Source: Klebsormidium nitens
Taxonomy: Eukaryota; Plantae; Klebsormidiophyceae
NCBI GenBank assembly: GCA_000708835.1
Contig: DF237406.1
Location: forward strand, 1 to 64,000
Direction: 5' to 3'
Length of the DNA: 64,000 bases
Shown here: piece after piece, positions 60,901-64,000 of the stretch
Position numbering within the stretch: position 1 is the stretch's first letter
Layout: every line of letters starts with the position of its first letter
Notes under the pieces: generated by a model
What the model was told of the DNA's origin: nothing
The model's database searches: none
What the model saw: the letters and a program-made list of their open reading frames with translations, nothing else
Made by a program: the position numbers and the translations under genes

Positions 60901-63206
60901 GTGCTATCCCCTCGAGCTGTATTCACACCAGGGTTAAACGGCCCCTGCCCCGGAAGGGCCCCGTACCCAACCCCCGGAGTCGAATTGCTCCTCTGATAGA
61001 ACTTCGGCGCCCCCGTGAGATTGTTCGGAACGAACGGGGCGGCGTTTGCATTTGCGACGCGCGAGGTGGCTACGCTGGTGGCGGCGCCTGTCGCGCCGCT
61101 ACTAGGATTGAGGGACGCAGATTTCGGGATAAAAGGAGCAGCGTTGATGTTCGCCGGAAGGCTCTTCATAGAGGGAGCGGCAGACATAGCTAAAGAGACC
61201 CCAGACTCGGCCGTCCTTGGTTTCACGGGGGACGGTTGCGGTGTGCCTGAGGGAGTATTTCCACCAGTCGGAGTACCTGGGGCGCTGCTACTGGAAGTAT
61301 GCACACCAGTCGAGACCGCTTGCAAACCTTGGGATCCGAAGCCCACGCTAGAGCTCAGAGCCAACCCAACGCTTACGCCACTAGAATCACCACTTTTGCT
61401 GACCTTCGCTTGTTCTACACCGTCTACTTTAAGCACCTCCAGCGCTCGTGCTTCAGCCCCGTTTCCCCCCTCCCCAGTCGCTGTTCCGTTCGCCCCCCCT
61501 CCCGGGCTCGTCCCATCTCCCCCCCCTCCTTTGCCAGGCGTTATGCCCCCCCAAGCGTTCAAGGCCGCGCGCTGCGCAGCCGCTACGGCTGCTGGGACAA
61601 ACGCGGGGGCTGACACCGGAAGGATACTCCGGGCTTGCAACGTCTGGACCAATGAGGAAGCGCCAGGTGTCCCGGGCTTTTTAGGGGAGGCAAGCGTCGG
61701 AGCGGCAGCTGGGGCATTGCCGGGAGCAGTCGGGGCTGACGATGTGGCCAGCGGTTTGGCAGAGTTTAGCTGGGCGGAGCCAGGAGGGCTGCAAACAAGC
61801 CGCTTGGTTAGGTTATGATTCAAAAAGTCGGTTAAGGAACATTATCGGTTGGTTTCCCAGTTTCCCAGCAAAACCGAATCGGTCAGAGCGTAGCTACTGT
61901 TGAGAGGACTCAAGCTGCGGGGCTGTGTAGAGATTCATTTTGTTACTGTCTTCTACAGTGGTAACAATTTCGAAGGGGCAAACCATACAGTGCCTGGTCT
62001 GAGGGTCCACAAGCTAGCTCCAGAATCACTGGAGTTCTGGACGCAGATAATACATTTGTCCTTTGCCTGAGGCCTTTACCAAACTCTGACTCACAGGCTT
62101 CAGCCGGAGAAGGAAACTCACGCAACAGCTTCAGATTGAAATGGTCAAAGAGATTTACTCACTCCATCCTTGTTATGCCCACAATATCATGATTGTATTC
62201 ACAGCCCCCATTCTCATCCTGTATGAAAGGAGAAGCACCAGCATCAGTATCAGTAGGACATGTCCACAATGACCGACTGCCTTGCACAATCTTTTTACGG
62301 TATGCATGACACTGGGGCCAAGACAAGTGTCTAGGCTGTGTGATCACAGGCTTCCTTATCATCCTCCAAATAGGATCTTTGGCATCTGCCGGACATTTCG
62401 GAGACGAGCAATTTGGACGTCAAAGTTGATACCAAACTATTGCAAGCAAGCCAACTGTGTCCAATGAAGCAACATACAACATACAAAGCATCACAATCTC
62501 AAACAAGTAAGAGCATAGAATGTAGAAGCTCTGAGAGGTGGTGTCGCTTTGGAATGCTCTAGAGCAGCATCTAAAAGTGATCCATCAAACAAGGAAGGAC
62601 CGTACCTTGCAGTACCCGGTGAGAAGCAGATTCCGGCAGGCTTTCTCCTTCTTTGGCACAGCGCCTGGCGAGGGGAGAGTTGGTCATGAACCACGGAGCA
62701 AGAATGGCAAGCCAGAATGTAGACACCATCTTCTCACAAGGCGAAGCACAACGCTTGACAAGGTCCCTGGTTCTCTGTCTTTCTGCCTCATCAGTGCTAT
62801 GAGGTATTCTTCCGCAAAAACGCCTTGCCAGCGCTTGCTGTGGTCGTGTCTGAGGTGTCTCAACTTCTACCTGACCCTCTTGACGGGCTTTCAGGTGACA
62901 ACGCCAATCCAAGCCCTGCACCTTGAAGGAGATTTTCAAGACATGCCAAGTTCCACCATATGGTGGCACCGCAGCTTTCAAGCTGAAACCTTTTCAGCTG
63001 CTGACCTGAGCAATGCAACACAGAGAACGCAACCAGTGTAATAGATGATTTGGACTTTAACAAGAACGGTGTTAAAGACTTGCTAGGGTTTGTCAAGCTG
63101 ACCTGACTTGGCCACATTGCCCCTTTCCTCCAGGCTGTGCGAAAAGTTACACTGGTCCCCAAAGAAGCATGTTCCTGACGTGGCCCAATATCGGCAGGTG
63201 ACAGTA
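54924..63206 (-). CDS. PAN3: PAN2-PAN3 deadenylase complex subunit PAN3; 11 exons resolved, first exon(s) unresolved upstream of 63206
   Basis: complement(join(54924..55379,55969..56109,56683..56961,57330..57554,58376..58558,59103..59388,59784..60289,60753..61788,62163..62218,62606..62664,63103..63206)). CCCH fingers, PAM2-like motifs, pseudokinase (LPEFVGRFHTLYPLE, YAIRRID, WSHLAGHPHVG, DYYPGAVSL, KVLITSRGRIRL) and C-terminal [39 protein letters not shown]. The extreme 3' end could be spliced at ~54996. Confidence 0.92.
58027..58322. repeat. Intronic ~300-bp fold-back (inverted repeat) in PAN3
   Basis: 58027-58076 ggaaggagaacatggactacagttttccaatctggacccccacaccgatc vs reverse complement of 58273-58322 ggaaggagaacgcggactgcagtttgcagtccgagacccccacaccgatt (39/50). 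Weaker pairing extends ~25 bp outward. Confidence 0.8.
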
Positions 63207-64000
63207 CTGCAGAAAAAGTTCAGTCTTTTCAGACTGCTTATACAGATTTCATTTCGCAGGTTCAGCATGTTGCTTGTTCCCACAAACGAATGGTGATAAG
63301 CTCGAGTCTTCACTCTCGGCTACGTCTTTCTGCAATTGACACCTAAAAGGAGGCCTGGAAAAAGTGTACCTTTTGATAGCTAGCGCCCTCTCTGTGATGG
63401 CCGACTCGTGTTGACTGAATCTCTCGAGCAAGAGTATGGTCGCATTTGACTGAAGGTCATGGGGGAGACTGTAACTGTTCTATCACCATGCCTCATAATG
63501 GAAATTGTTAGCACTCAGATTTGGCCGTTAAGAAGTCACTAGGGTTCGATGGATGTCGAAAGCCTGCATAAACTTGGTTTCCATCTGTGCCATGGATTCT
63601 GCAAGTCTTCCTTGAATGAAGCTCTGCAATCCAATTGAGAGGCACTCTGACAGCCGTTCCATGCATTGCCTTGGCACTGCACTGGAGCGTGGAATGTATG
63701 CATGCTTCGAAATCTGTTATCAGAAAAGTGTTTGGAGCTCAATTTGATTGCCCAGTGCTTTAACAAGCATATCGTCAGCGAAATGTACACCTTCCAATCA
63801 ACCGTACTCGAAGGTGGTATGGTAAAGCAAGAACTCTCAGATTCAAGAATGTGTCAACCAGGACGCAAACCTCGCTCCTGGACTTCCATGTAATCTAGTC
63901 TACTTGCCGATAGCCAGTATGCCGAGAATCCTGGTGTTCTGACTGGTGGAATGAGCAGCATTGTCTCCCATGATGGACAGAATCCGTAAGCTGCATGGAG

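Noticed and set aside
61015-61818. 267-aa plus-strand ORF
   Set aside because: Antisense to the GC-rich PAN3 low-complexity exon.
63370-63460. Candidate PAN3 upstream exon (..ERFSQHESAITERALAIK|)
   Set aside because: The donor phase fits but there is no in-frame ATG or convincing acceptor, so it was left out of the model.

Overview
This is intron-rich eukaryotic nuclear DNA (GT-AG introns, mostly about 200-950 bp), not prokaryotic. I saw no rRNA, tRNA or CRISPR. The gene set (plastid-envelope protein, flagellar CFAP58, PAN3, galactinol synthase-like) fits a flagellate streptophyte alga such as Klebsormidium; that is an inference. Hand-assembled, phase-consistent gene models: PAC1/PSMG1 (+, 1460-5886); GTF3C2-like WD40 (-, 6556 to beyond 15694); At1g42960-like plastid inner-envelope protein (+, 18691-21571); a 53-aa ORF missed by the ORF track (-, 24767-24928); a ~1459-aa homeodomain x2 / Tudor-like / PWWP protein (+, 25664-33162); CFAP58 (-, 34044-45111, 15 exons); a GolS-like GT8 (+, 46270-50463); an ABM/dimeric alpha-beta barrel protein (+, 51947-53347); and PAN3 (-, 54924 to beyond 63206). 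Main observations: (1) more than 20 degenerate 'exon echoes', i.e. intronic direct copies of the adjacent exon end with its splice-site position, spaced about 100-235 bp from the parent or previous copy, in four of the genes; (2) a local segmental duplication resolved by reciprocal loss, with GTF3C2 intact and the small ORF decayed in one block and the reverse in the other; (3) PAN3 with two CCCH fingers; (4) two intronic ~280-300 bp fold-backs. All alignments were done by eye; family assignments come from remembered motifs, not database searches.
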